Part shown: piece after piece, positions 29,819 through 39,524 of the stretch
Position numbering within the stretch: the first letter of the stretch is position 1
How the letters are laid out: every line of letters starts with the position of its first letter
From: Candidatus Microgenomates bacterium
GTDB taxonomy: Bacteria > Patescibacteriota > Microgenomatia > Daviesbacterales > UBA10151
Length of the DNA: 64,000 nucleotides
Assembly: GCA_016182045.1 (NCBI GenBank)
Contig: JACOYE010000011.1
Location: 39-64,038 of the forward strand
Reading direction: 5' to 3'
Translations under genes and position numbers: made by a program
The notes under the pieces: generated by a model
What the model was told of the DNA's origin: nothing
Seen by the model: the letters and a program-made list of their open reading frames with translations, nothing else
The model's database searches: none

Positions 29819-31044
29819 AACCAATCAAGCTGGGGGTTAGAAGAGATTCCTATCATCAAAAGAAATCAAGATTAATCATTAAAAAATTAGCACCATTTTT
29901 TTTGGTACTGGCTATTTTAACTGCATTGGCCATATTTTTAGTAACCTTATCGGGTTCATCTATGGTCAAGTTTATCCTTTCGGGTAGTAGTCTAAGGTCT
30001 TCTGGTGGAAGGGTTAATGTGTTAATTTTGGGTATGGCAGGTGGCAGGCATGAGGGAGCGACTTTGACAGATACAATTTTGGTTACTTCCTATAATTTGG
30101 ACACAAATCAACTTCATCTTATTTCCATCCCCAGAGATCTTTGGTTACCTTCTTTTTCTGCCAAGGTAAATGCTTTGTACCAGATAGGACTTTCGCAAAA
30201 TAACGGTCTGGAACTTGCAAAAATAGGCATAGGTAATATTGTCGGATTGCCCGTTCATTATGCATTAAGAGTCGATTTTCAAGGTTTTATTGATGCAATC
30301 AATATTTTGGGAGGTATTGATGTGGAAGTGGAAAAGACTTTTGATGATTATTTATATCCAATCACTGGTAAAGAAAACGATCTTTGTGGATGGGAAGAAA
30401 AAGAGATGGAATTTAATGATATGGAGGCAAAAAAGCTCAACATTGACCCGGGCAAAAGAAAAGTTTTTGTCAAAGATGATCAAATTGCCACAGATTCTGC
30501 CCAGGAGGATAAGGGAATAAAGTACTTTTCCTGCAGATTCGAGCATATTCATTTTGATAAAGGATTGGTGCGGATGGATGGAGAGGAAGCCTTAAAATTT
30601 GTCAGATCAAGACACGGAACTAATGACGAAGGGTCTGATTTCTCAAGATCTAAAAGACAGGAGAGAGTGATTGGGGCAGTCAGGAAAAAGGCTTTGTCTT
30701 TTGAAACTTTATCAACCCCCACCAAATTAGGGGAGTTAATTAACTCTTTCGGTAAAAGCATTGATACGGATATTTCCATAAAAGATGCAGTCGAGTTCTA
30801 TAAATTGTCGAAAAGATTAGCGGTGACCTATTCAATTACATTGGATGATTCAAAAAGGGCGGGCTTAGCTGAGGGGAGAACTTCACTTTTGGTTCAGCCC
30901 TCCCCTTCAGATTATGGGGGAGCATATGTCTTAATCTCTCAGGATGATGACTTTTCCATAATTCACAAATTCATACAAGATGTGTTAAAAAAAGATGAGG
31001 AGGAGCATGAGGCTACATCTTCTGCACGGACCGGCTCTGAGTAG
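29803..31044 (+). CDS. LCP (LytR-CpsA-Psr) family protein
   Basis: NVLILG, TDTI, SIPRDL, LGGIDV, ALKFVRSR, DFSRSKRQ. Confidence 0.93.
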   Translation: MFKTVKPIKLGVRRDSYHQKKSRLIIKKLAPFFLVLAILTALAIFLVTLSGSSMVKFILSGSSLRSSGGRVNVLILGMAGGRHEGATLTDTILVTSYNLDTNQLHLISIPRDLWLPSFSAKVNALYQIGLSQNNGLELAKIGIGNIVGLPVHYALRVDFQGFIDAINILGGIDVEVEKTFDDYLYPITGKENDLCGWEEKEMEFNDMEAKKLNIDPGKRKVFVKDDQIATDSAQEDKGIKYFSCRFEHIHFDKGLVRMDGEEALKFVRSRHGTNDEGSDFSRSKRQERVIGAVRKKALSFETLSTPTKLGELINSFGKSIDTDISIKDAVEFYKLSKRLAVTYSITLDDSKRAGLAEGRTSLLVQPSPSDYGGAYVLISQDDDFSIIHKFIQDVLKKDEEEHEATSSARTGSE

Positions 31045-31663
31045 TTCCAGAGATAAGTTGGTTTCAATAAAGCAAAAATTTAATCCTAATAATGTGGTTG
31101 TGTTTGAAAAAGAGGCAAATGTGCAGGAGGTTTTAAATACCTTAATTGCACCTTCTCTTTTTGAAGAAGAACAGTTAGTTATCTGGGAGAATCCTCCTGA
31201 TAATTTTGTTTTTGACTCATCGCTGATCAGTAATCACTCATCACTCATTTTATGGTTTGACCATGAGGTATCCCCCAAACCCATCATGGAATGGGTCAAG
31301 AAAAATGAAGGAGAGATTCTCTATTTTCCGGAGAGTAAAGAAATCTCTGTTTTTCCCTTTTTAGATTATCTTGCAAATAAAGACAAGAGAGCTTATCTTG
31401 AGATGGATAAATTAAAAAAGGCAGGTTTCGATATACACTATTTAATCACAATGGTTTTTTATATGCTGAGAAGTTTAGTAGCAACTCCCAAAAATGCCCC
31501 TGCCTTTGTTAAAGATAAACTACAAAGACAAAGAAAAAGGTTTGCTTTAGAAGATGTAGAAAATTGTTACAAAGAAATTATAAAGATAGATTTTAAAATC
31601 AAATCCGGTCTGCTGGAAAAAGAACAAGCAGAGTTTTTACTGGTTAATAAATTTGTAAATTAA
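31007..31663 (+). CDS. holA: DNA polymerase III delta-like protein (short HolA)
   Basis: LLHG, SLF, IDFKIKSG; near rpsT. Confidence 0.7.
   Translation: MRLHLLHGPALSSSRDKLVSIKQKFNPNNVVVFEKEANVQEVLNTLIAPSLFEEEQLVIWENPPDNFVFDSSLISNHSSLILWFDHEVSPKPIMEWVKKNEGEILYFPESKEISVFPFLDYLANKDKRAYLEMDKLKKAGFDIHYLITMVFYMLRSLVATPKNAPAFVKDKLQRQRKRFALEDVENCYKEIIKIDFKIKSGLLEKEQAEFLLVNKFVN
31215..31249. repeat. Degenerate heptamer array in holA
   Basis: ACTCATC GCTGATC AGTAATC ACTCATC ACTCATT. Confidence 0.8.
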
Positions 31664-31677
31664 TTTTGAGTTGGAAC

Positions 31678-32679
31678 TTACAATTGAGGAAGGATGCCAC
31701 CCCGTCTTTCAATCTCTTGGGCTATCAGATCTAAATCTTTCTGATCAACTACTCCGTCAGAGTTTATATCAGCCCTTTTTTCTTGAGGATTTTTACTCGC
31801 CTCGCTGCCAGCCTCGCGGCTAGGCGGGCGAAGCGGGCCAAAATTTTTAAGTACTATGGCGTGATCATTAGCATTAATCTGTCCATCATTGTTTAGATCG
31901 AACTTATTTAAATCCTCAGCAGTCACCGGTTCAGTTAGATCTAAGTTTTGTCCTAATTTCAAGGGTGGTAAGATCTGGCCTGAAATTGTCAGTTTAAAAA
32001 TAGCGCTGGCCTCACCTTTATCAGAGACAACAGTTAATTTGCCGATTTCTTCTCCGTTAGGTTGATAAGTTCCTGATAAATCCGATTTGTTTATTTTAGA
32101 GAGTGGTATCAAAAAATTACCTCCAGTTTTGACCAGAGCGGATTGAGGAGAAGTACCTGAGATGGTCAGATAAACAATGCCATCATCCAAGGGAATTTCT
32201 CCATCCAAGACAGTTCCGATCACTGGGTTAAGGTTAACAAGAGAGGTGGCAGATTTGGCAGTATTAAACTGGAAAGTTTCAGACTTATGCTTGCCTGAGA
32301 CAATTTTTAAAACATACCTAGTTTGGGGTTGGAGATTTTTGAGGGTGACATAATGAGTCGGACGGGCTTTTGGTCCCGCACCATCTGGTGCGGGATTGCT
32401 GTCTCTGTCATCTAAAACTGCCTGCTCATTAGGCGATGTCAGGCCAAATGTGATAAAAGAGGGTGCGGCTTGAGATGTTTGCCAAGACACTACTACCGAT
32501 TGATCCTCAATGTTGGTAAAAATAACATCGTCTTTTTTAGGAACAATTTGTGGCGATGCTTGAGTGGAAAAAATTGCCTCCTCCTTCGCTACCAAATATA
32601 CACCCGCTACTGTTCCTGCAATAATGATGCCTAATCCTAAAAGAGTTGGTATCTTAAATTTATTAAAAAATGAAGTCAT
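31678..32679 (-). CDS. Membrane-anchored FN3-like protein with C-terminal dockerin-like domain
   Basis: VSWQT, HYVTLKNLQPQTRY; DLNNDGQINAND and DINSDGVVDQKD. Confidence 0.8.
   Translation of the reverse strand: MTSFFNKFKIPTLLGLGIIIAGTVAGVYLVAKEEAIFSTQASPQIVPKKDDVIFTNIEDQSVVVSWQTSQAAPSFITFGLTSPNEQAVLDDRDSNPAPDGAGPKARPTHYVTLKNLQPQTRYVLKIVSGKHKSETFQFNTAKSATSLVNLNPVIGTVLDGEIPLDDGIVYLTISGTSPQSALVKTGGNFLIPLSKINKSDLSGTYQPNGEEIGKLTVVSDKGEASAIFKLTISGQILPPLKLGQNLDLTEPVTAEDLNKFDLNNDGQINANDHAIVLKNFGPLRPPSREAGSEASKNPQEKRADINSDGVVDQKDLDLIAQEIERRGGILPQL
31796..31839. repeat. Family C element between the dockerin-like loops
   Basis: CTCGCCTCGCT...CGGGCGAAGCGGGCC. Confidence 0.88.
32374..32395. repeat. 10-bp-stem hairpin in the FN3-like domain
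   Basis: TCCCGCACCA-TC-TGGTGCGGGA. Confidence 0.75.
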
Positions 32680-32852
32680 GGTGTAGAATCTAACACTGAT
32701 GTGTCAAGATTAGGATTCAATGGTTCAATCAGCTGTTGAATGTCGGTAGGAATTTCCACCTGAGAGCTGGTATGAATTATATCAAAAGCTACCCATGCTA
32801 TTATTGTAATAAAAGTGAATATGACGGCAATCAACCATTCTTTACGTGTCAT
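32676..32852 (-). CDS. 58-aa single-TM protein after pilO (absent from the ORF track)
   Basis: MTRKEWLIAVIFTFITIIAWVAFDII...LNPNLDTSVL; start and stop overlap the neighbouring genes. Confidence 0.75.
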   Translation of the reverse strand: MTRKEWLIAVIFTFITIIAWVAFDIIHTSSQVEIPTDIQQLIEPLNPNLDTSVLDSTP

Positions 32853-33454
32853 TTAATAAAATATGCCTTTCCGGAAAGAGACATAATCAATCCCTCTCCC
32901 TCACCGACTTTACTGATATTTAAGCTGTCAATTGAGATTAACCTAACCGAAGTGTTAAGCTCTTGCAATAGAGAAACCAGTCTCGGATATGAATTTTCAA
33001 TATTGAAAGTAAACTCTATCTCTCCCAAAGTACCGATAGTATCTTCCTTTTTGACTTCCAAGACAAGTGGTTGAACTTGTAAGGCAGAGATGGAAGCCTC
33101 ATTTTTGCTTGCCATAAGTTCCAAAGTTTGGATCAGGGATTTTAATTCTACCGTATCCGGGATGGCTGTTTGAATTCTAGTTTTTATATTTGGATTAAGA
33201 TTCTCATAATTTTGTTTACCCAATGTTAAATCGGTAGCTTTTTTCTTAAGTTGATCTAAAATTTGGTTGGCATTCTCTAACTTTTTTTGTAAGACAACAA
33301 TTGTCTCTATAGTAGGTTTAATTGCAAAGAGTATGAAGACAATCATAACTAAGATGGTAAAGATGGCTGTACCATAGGTTCTGACAATTGGTAGTTTGAC
33401 TACCGGTTTTATATGGGTAAAATATCTAAAATAACGTTCCGATTCCAGTCTCAT
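32849..33454 (-). CDS. pilO: Type IV pilus assembly protein PilO
   Basis: TM, coiled coil, RLISIDSLNI, SGKAYF; follows pilN. Confidence 0.8.
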   Translation of the reverse strand: MRLESERYFRYFTHIKPVVKLPIVRTYGTAIFTILVMIVFILFAIKPTIETIVVLQKKLENANQILDQLKKKATDLTLGKQNYENLNPNIKTRIQTAIPDTVELKSLIQTLELMASKNEASISALQVQPLVLEVKKEDTIGTLGEIEFTFNIENSYPRLVSLLQELNTSVRLISIDSLNISKVGEGEGLIMSLSGKAYFIK

Positions 33455-34035
33455 GTGCTTTTCTCCCCTTTCCGAGAAACCTTGGCAGAGGCATTAAGAA
33501 TGAAACGGATAATACCTTGCTCAAGTCCGACACTTACTAGGCTGACATCGGTAAAATATTGGTCCTCTCTCATACCGAGAAGAAAGGTTAGCAGATCATT
33601 ATTACTTTGTGCTTGAGCGTTGATTCGGATGGTGATTTTACCGACATCTTTTTGTAAGCCCATGGTGTTTATCTTGATTCCACTCGGTACTTGGTCAGAG
33701 ATTCTTTTTAAGATTTCAGGATAATCAGCATAGTTTTGATTAAAAGCTCCAATTGTTGACAGTTTAAGCTGAATTTGTTTTATCAAGATTTCATAATTTC
33801 TTAAGCTTTCAACATAAGGAATCTGCTCATCGATCTTCTCTTTGGTAGAAGCTATGTCGGCATCCAATTTAAATCTAAAAATGAAAGCCAGTAAAACCAC
33901 GGCTTCTACCAGAACAAAAATAAAGCGTCCGGTGGAAAGAAGCCAGCGTAGGAATTTTTCCGGCAGTTTCTGTGGACTTCCTTGAGGTTTTAAAAGATCC
34001 AAGTGAATGTCAAGCTTAGGGCCAGATTTGAGCAT
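33451..34035 (-). CDS. pilN: Type IV pilus assembly protein PilN
   Basis: LDLL, TM, coiled coil, VPSGIKI, FTDVSLVS. Confidence 0.8.
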   Translation of the reverse strand: MLKSGPKLDIHLDLLKPQGSPQKLPEKFLRWLLSTGRFIFVLVEAVVLLAFIFRFKLDADIASTKEKIDEQIPYVESLRNYEILIKQIQLKLSTIGAFNQNYADYPEILKRISDQVPSGIKINTMGLQKDVGKITIRINAQAQSNNDLLTFLLGMREDQYFTDVSLVSVGLEQGIIRFILNASAKVSRKGEKST

Positions 34036-34050
34036 AAATACATTATATAC

Positions 34051-34078
34051 TAGGGTATAGGGTATAGGGTATAGAGAG
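34051..34078. repeat. Heptamer array (TAGGGTA)x3 plus one degenerate unit
   Basis: direct reading; rpsT-pilN gap. Confidence 0.9.
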
Positions 34079-34079
34079 A

Positions 34080-34364
34080 TTAAGACCTCTTTTTGGTAGA
34101 TTTCTTAACGATTCCTGTGGGGGTTGTTCTCACTCGGATTCCTTTAGATAATCGGGATTTTAATCTGGCTGCTTTGTTGGGATGGATCAGTTTGACCTTG
34201 GCTGCTTTATCCAGGGCAGAAAAGGCTGCCTGAAGATCTTTAACTGCCTTGGTAGTTCTTACCTTTTTTATTAAAGACTTTAAGGCATCTGCCCTTTTTT
34301 TATTACGAGCTGTTCTTACTTTATCTTTGCGGACCTTTTTAATAGCTGATTTGATGATAGGCAT
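34080..34364 (-). CDS. rpsT: 30S ribosomal protein S20
   Basis: IKSAIKK, LDKAAK, IHPNKAARLKSRL. Confidence 0.96.
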   Translation of the reverse strand: MPIIKSAIKKVRKDKVRTARNKKRADALKSLIKKVRTTKAVKDLQAAFSALDKAAKVKLIHPNKAARLKSRLSKGIRVRTTPTGIVKKSTKKRS

Positions 34365-34399
34365 GGCGTGTATAGTATCATAATGCTACACTAAGTTAA

Positions 34400-36043
34400 A
34401 TGGTTAAAAATATATTTTCACTGCTATATTCCAGGCAAACCTCAATCCTTTCTGGGGCAGCAATTATCATGGCCACCATGATGGTGGCTAAAATATTGGG
34501 ATTGGTGCGTGATCGGTTACTGGCCCATGTCTTTCCTCCGGATACTATCGATATATTTTGGGCTGCCTTTAGATTACCGGATTTGCTTTTTTCCATTGTC
34601 ATCTTTGGCGCTTTATCTGTAGCTTTTATTCCGGTCTTTACAGAACATTTTGAAAGTAAAGGTAAAGAGGATGCCTTTGCTTTAGCCAGATCAATCTTAA
34701 ACATCTTTCTAACAATCTTTATTTTGGCTGGTATTTTAATTTATATTTTTGCCCCCTTAATAATTTCCACCGTGATCTCCCCGGGTTTTTCTCAAGAAAA
34801 GCAAGCACAGGTGGTATCTTTAGTAAGAATTATTGTTTTTGGTCAGGCCATACTGGTTTTGGGATCCTTCTTTATTGGTATTTTGCAATCATTTCAAAGA
34901 TTTATTATTCCTGCTTTAGCTCCCGTCTTTTATAATTTGGGAATTATTTTAGGCATTATCATGTTTTCAAAGGAGTGGGGAATTACAGGAGCAGCTTATG
35001 GAGTGATTATCGGTGCACTGATGCATGCTTCCATACAGCTGCCGCTAGTTTGGTCTTTAGGTTTTAGATTTAAATTCCCTTTCAAGTTTTTTCACCCAGG
35101 AGTTAAAGAAATCATTAGTTTGGTTAGTGTGAGAACTGTGGGGCTGGCTGCTGAGCAGATCAATGAAACTGTGGGATTGGCTTTGGCATCTTTGACATCA
35201 ATTGGATCAGTTACTTATTTGACCTTTGCCCAACATTTGCAAGTGGTGCCGATTGGTCTTTTTGGGGCAACTTTGGCACAAGCAGCTTTACCGGTTTTAT
35301 CATCTGAGAGAGCCAGAGGTAGAATTGAAGAGTTTAAGATTACACTTCTTACCACTACCCATCAAATATTATTTCTGACTCTTCCTGCAACAGCCATTTT
35401 GATTGTAATAAGAATTCCAGTGGTGAGATTAATTTTTGGTGCTTCTCAATTTGATTGGGAGGCAACCGTTTTAACAGGTTTAACAGTAGCTTACTTAGCA
35501 ATAGGACTGGTCGCACAATCGGTATCTTTGCTTTTTGTTAGAGGTTTTTATGCTATGAAGGATACTAAAACTCCAGTATTTGTATCTTTTATTGTGGTTA
35601 GTATAAATATAGCATTAAGCTTTTACTTTATTAAATTTTTAAAATTAGATGTTTGGAGTATTGGAGCAGCCAATTCAATATCTGCCATACTCTCCGGGAT
35701 TTTACTTTTTTGGACACTACATTTTAAAGTTGGGAAATTTAATTTGGATCAAGTGTTTATCCCTTTGGGGAAAATGCTGATGGCCACCATTATTATGGGA
35801 GTGGCACTTTATGTTCCCATCAAGCTTTTGGACCAGGTAATTTTTGATACTACCAGGACCATCAATTTGCTGATATTAACATCTTCTTCAGCAATTTTTG
35901 CTCTGTCTGTATATGTCGGATTGGTTTGGTTTTTGAAAGTGAGAGAACTACTTACCTTTGCGGATTTAATCAGAAGGGCTACTAAATTCCAAACAAAGCT
36001 TAAATCACAAGAGATAATTACTCCTGAAACAGGTACTGTTTAG
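34400..36043 (+). CDS. murJ: Lipid II flippase MurJ
   Basis: LGLVRD, AFRLPD, GALSVAFIPVF, RGFYAMKDTKTP. Confidence 0.95.
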   Translation: MVKNIFSLLYSRQTSILSGAAIIMATMMVAKILGLVRDRLLAHVFPPDTIDIFWAAFRLPDLLFSIVIFGALSVAFIPVFTEHFESKGKEDAFALARSILNIFLTIFILAGILIYIFAPLIISTVISPGFSQEKQAQVVSLVRIIVFGQAILVLGSFFIGILQSFQRFIIPALAPVFYNLGIILGIIMFSKEWGITGAAYGVIIGALMHASIQLPLVWSLGFRFKFPFKFFHPGVKEIISLVSVRTVGLAAEQINETVGLALASLTSIGSVTYLTFAQHLQVVPIGLFGATLAQAALPVLSSERARGRIEEFKITLLTTTHQILFLTLPATAILIVIRIPVVRLIFGASQFDWEATVLTGLTVAYLAIGLVAQSVSLLFVRGFYAMKDTKTPVFVSFIVVSINIALSFYFIKFLKLDVWSIGAANSISAILSGILLFWTLHFKVGKFNLDQVFIPLGKMLMATIIMGVALYVPIKLLDQVIFDTTRTINLLILTSSSAIFALSVYVGLVWFLKVRELLTFADLIRRATKFQTKLKSQEIITPETGTV

Positions 36044-36058
36044 TTATATAATTGCCTC

Positions 36059-37870
36059 ATGAATATTCGTAACTTTAGTATAATTGCCCATATTGATCAT
36101 GGTAAATCTACCCTGGCTGATAGGTTTTTGGAAATTACAGGAACCGTGCCAAAGGAAAAGCTTAAACCACAACTTCTGGATTCTTTGGCTTTGGAGCGAG
36201 AACGTGGGATCACAATAAAACTTGCTCCAGTCAGGCTGAAATATGTCATTGGTGGAGTGGAGTATATCCTTAACTTGATAGACACACCAGGACATGTTGA
36301 TTTTTCCTATGAAGTCTCACGGGCTCTGGTAGCTGTTGAAGGAGCAATACTTTTGGTTGATGCCACTCAAGGAATACAAGCGCAAACTTTGGCACATGGC
36401 CTGGCTGCTTTAGAACAAAATCTTACCTTAATACCAGTTATCAACAAAATAGATCTTCCTAATGCGGATATAGTTGGAACAAAAAAACAACTTGGGGAGA
36501 CATTTGGTTTTGATGATAGGGAGATACTTTTAGTCTCGGCTAAGACTGGGCAAGGTGCAGAAGAACTTTTAAAAGCCATAGTCGAACGTATTCCTCCCCC
36601 AAAATCCGCCACAGTCGAACGTGGCAGGGACGTTCGACGTCCCGTAGGTGTAAACCTATTCCACCCCAAGGGTGGAAATATATTTAGAGCTTTGATATTT
36701 GATTCTTTTTTTGATTCTTATAAAGGAGTGATTGCAGAAATTAGGGTGATGGATGGGGAGATTCCAAAGATAGGATCATCCATTAAGTTTTTGGGAACTA
36801 AAGCCGAAGGTCAAGTTTTGGAGATGGGATATTTTGCTCCCCAGCTGACACCTACAGTTCAGTTGCAAGCTGGGGAGATAGGTTACATTGCAACAGGTGT
36901 GAAACAACCGGATTTAGTTAGAGTGGGTGATACCATCTCGACTGATTTAGGGGTTGAACCACTTCCTGGTTATAAACAAGTAAAACCTATGGTATATGTG
37001 GGTCTTTATCCAATTAATCAGGATGAGTATCATGAAATTAAGGAAGCACTGGAGAAGTTCAGGCTTAATGATCCGGCTTTTATCTACGAGTTGGAACATT
37101 CGAAAGCTTTAGGGGCAGGTTTTAGGTGTGGTTTTTTGGGGCTTTTGCATGCAGAAATTGTTCAGGAAAGATTGTCAGAGGAATTTGGAGCAGATTTAAT
37201 TGCTACTACTCCTTCGGTGCAGTATTTGGTGGATGATGTAATTTTGACTAATCCCTCTTCCCTTACCACTTTTCACTCTATTAAAGAACCATGGGTGAAA
37301 TTAAAGATATTTGTACCTCAGGAATATATTGGTAGTGTGATGGAATTAGTGTCAGAGAAAAGGGGTGGATTTTTAAATATGCAGCATTTTGGGATTCAAG
37401 TAGAACTAACTTATGAGATGCCTCTTTCAGAAATGGTGACGGACTTTTATGATAGGTTGAAATCTGTATCTTCCGGGTTTGCCTCTTTAGATTGGGAGTT
37501 TTTAGATTTTAGGGGAGTTGATGCAATCAGGGTAGATATTTTGGTTGCTGGGGAAAAAGTGGATGCGCTATCACAAATAGTGGTTAGGGAAAAGGCAGAA
37601 AGTTTGGGGAGAAGGATGGTGGAAAAATTAAAAGAGGTTTTACCCAGGCAAAATTTTGAGGTGGCAATCCAAGCATCAATTGGAGGAAAAATTATTGCCA
37701 GGGAAACTTTGCCTGCATATAGAAAAGATGTAACAGCTAAACTTTATGGAGGAGACAGAACCAGAAAAGATAAGCTTTTAGAAAAACAAAAAAAGGGAAA
37801 GAAAAAAATGAAAATGATAGGTCGGGTGGAGATACCACAGGAGGCTTTTTTAAGCATCCTGAAATCATAA
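36059..37870 (+). CDS. lepA: Elongation factor 4
   Basis: IRNFSIIAHIDHGKST, GFRCGFLGLLH, YGGDRTRK..LLEKQK. Confidence 0.98.
   Translation: MNIRNFSIIAHIDHGKSTLADRFLEITGTVPKEKLKPQLLDSLALERERGITIKLAPVRLKYVIGGVEYILNLIDTPGHVDFSYEVSRALVAVEGAILLVDATQGIQAQTLAHGLAALEQNLTLIPVINKIDLPNADIVGTKKQLGETFGFDDREILLVSAKTGQGAEELLKAIVERIPPPKSATVERGRDVRRPVGVNLFHPKGGNIFRALIFDSFFDSYKGVIAEIRVMDGEIPKIGSSIKFLGTKAEGQVLEMGYFAPQLTPTVQLQAGEIGYIATGVKQPDLVRVGDTISTDLGVEPLPGYKQVKPMVYVGLYPINQDEYHEIKEALEKFRLNDPAFIYELEHSKALGAGFRCGFLGLLHAEIVQERLSEEFGADLIATTPSVQYLVDDVILTNPSSLTTFHSIKEPWVKLKIFVPQEYIGSVMELVSEKRGGFLNMQHFGIQVELTYEMPLSEMVTDFYDRLKSVSSGFASLDWEFLDFRGVDAIRVDILVAGEKVDALSQIVVREKAESLGRRMVEKLKEVLPRQNFEVAIQASIGGKIIARETLPAYRKDVTAKLYGGDRTRKDKLLEKQKKGKKKMKMIGRVEIPQEAFLSILKS
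36608..36677. repeat. Composite hairpin insert in lepA
   Basis: GTCGAACGT/ACGTTCGAC, GGGACGT/ACGTCCC, TAGGT/ACCTA, TTCCACCC/GGGTGGAA. Confidence 0.85.
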
Positions 37871-37916
37871 TTTTGACAAATTGCCTCTTTGGAGCAGTTA
37901 TGATTACAATAATTAA

Positions 37917-39143
37917 GTGAGACATTTAGTTTGGATATTTAATGAACAAGTTCTTTCCTCTGGAAATAAAATTCTTTCCCAAGTGTTTAAACACAAATAT
38001 ATACTGTCTGCTTTATTTGGGGGATTAATTATCCTACTTGCTTTCAATTTCCGGCAAATCTTTGATCAGAATCTGCAGATTACCATTTTACAAAGTAATG
38101 AAACAAGACTGAAAAATGAATTATTAGCAGTTGGCAAACAATTGGAGGATTTAAAAAATGAGGATCAGGTAAAAATAAATCAGGATCTAAAAAAAGAAAT
38201 AGATAATATCCAAAAAACATACAATTCTGCTGTAACTGTTTATGAAAAACTGGTGGATTTTAATGGAGACAAGAAAAAGAAATCAGAGTTTGAGAAAAAT
38301 TTTGCTAAATCTTTAAAGCTTTTGGCTGATAAAAACTATACTGAGGCAGGAAAAATATTATCAGAAGTGTCATCTGGGATAGATACTGAAAATCAAAAGG
38401 TTATCGCTTCTTTTAAAATTCCTGAAAATGTTACCCAATCTAATACTCCTCCTGACTCAGGTTTTTCCAGACAAAAAGTGTCAATTGATATCGGTGATTA
38501 TTTAGTGGATGTAGTTTCGGCTGATTTAAATTCTACTAAAGTGATTGTGGATACGGCCTCAGATTCCGACTGCAAAGATAACTGTCCCACTTTACCCTTA
38601 GCCACGTATGTTTCCAGAAATGGAGCCTTTGCCGGAATTAATGGTTCATACTTTTGTCCGGCAGAGTATCCATCTTGTGCTGGTAAAACAAACTCTTTTG
38701 ACACACTTTTGATGAATAAAAATAAAACTTACTTTAATTCTGATAATAACGTTTATTCCACTGTTCCTGCTGTGATTTTTTCGGGTAACTCTGTTAGATT
38801 TGTAGGTCAATCCCTTGAGTGGGGTAGGGACAGTGGGGTAGATGCAGTTTTAGCAAATCAGCCGCTACTGGTTTCAGGGTCAAATGTGGTTTTTGGGGGG
38901 AATTCTGATCCTAAACAAGGTTTGAAAGGATCAAGAAGTTTTGTGGGAAATAAAGACTCAACAGTTTATATAGGGGTTGTACATAATGCCACTGTTGCAG
39001 AAGTTGCCAGAGTATTACAAAAAATGGGAATGCATAATGCGCTAAATTTAGATTCAGGAGGATCAACAGCTTTGTGGTCTGGAGGGTACAAAGTGGGACC
39101 AGGACGTAACATCCCCAATGCGCTTCTATTTATCAGAAAATAA
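37917..39143 (+). CDS. Phosphodiester glycosidase (NAGPA-like) family protein
   Basis: TM and coiled coil; GINGSYF, ALNLDSGGSTAL, RNIPNAL. Confidence 0.85.
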   Translation: MRHLVWIFNEQVLSSGNKILSQVFKHKYILSALFGGLIILLAFNFRQIFDQNLQITILQSNETRLKNELLAVGKQLEDLKNEDQVKINQDLKKEIDNIQKTYNSAVTVYEKLVDFNGDKKKKSEFEKNFAKSLKLLADKNYTEAGKILSEVSSGIDTENQKVIASFKIPENVTQSNTPPDSGFSRQKVSIDIGDYLVDVVSADLNSTKVIVDTASDSDCKDNCPTLPLATYVSRNGAFAGINGSYFCPAEYPSCAGKTNSFDTLLMNKNKTYFNSDNNVYSTVPAVIFSGNSVRFVGQSLEWGRDSGVDAVLANQPLLVSGSNVVFGGNSDPKQGLKGSRSFVGNKDSTVYIGVVHNATVAEVARVLQKMGMHNALNLDSGGSTALWSGGYKVGPGRNIPNALLFIRK

Positions 39144-39181
39144 GCCACTTGATTAAATTTTTTATTTGTGCTTACACTAAA

Positions 39182-39216
39182 CTAGTATCTAGATTCTAGC
39201 AACTAGTCTCTAGTAT
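39182..39216. repeat. Heptamer array (CTAGnnn)x5
   Basis: CTAGTAT CTAGATT CTAGCAA CTAGTCT CTAGTAT. Confidence 0.85.
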
Positions 39217-39232
39217 GAAAGGGGGTGATTAA

Positions 39233-39442
39233 ATGAAAGCTTTACATATGGTGGCCTTCACCCTTTTGGTGGTAGGTGGTTTAAACTGGGGCCTTTGGGC
39301 ACTGTTTAATTTTAACTTGGTTAATACCATAGTAGGTAGCTGGCCCACACTTGAAAAATTAGTTTATATTTTGGTGGGAGTATCAGCAGTATATATTGGT
39401 GCAACTCATATGCAAGATTGCAAGATCTGCAGCGCCAAATAG
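39233..39442 (+). CDS. DUF378 family protein
   Basis: VGGLNWGL, NLV, VYILVGVSA; RBS GGGGGTGA. Confidence 0.9.
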   Translation: MKALHMVAFTLLVVGGLNWGLWALFNFNLVNTIVGSWPTLEKLVYILVGVSAVYIGATHMQDCKICSAK

Positions 39443-39478
39443 CGGTAATTATTTCCTAAATATTTTTAGGAATATATT

Positions 39479-39510
39479 AAATCTCGCTCCTCTTTGGGGC
39501 GAGATTTTTT
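39479..39510 (+). terminator. Intrinsic terminator
   Basis: AAATCTCGCTCC/GGGGCGAGATTT stem followed by a T tract. Confidence 0.8.
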
Positions 39511-39524
39511 GATACAATGCTTTC

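Noticed and set aside
32736-33074. 112-aa plus-strand ORF with CYYC
   Set aside because: Antisense to pilO and to the coupled 58-aa gene, which fit the operon better.
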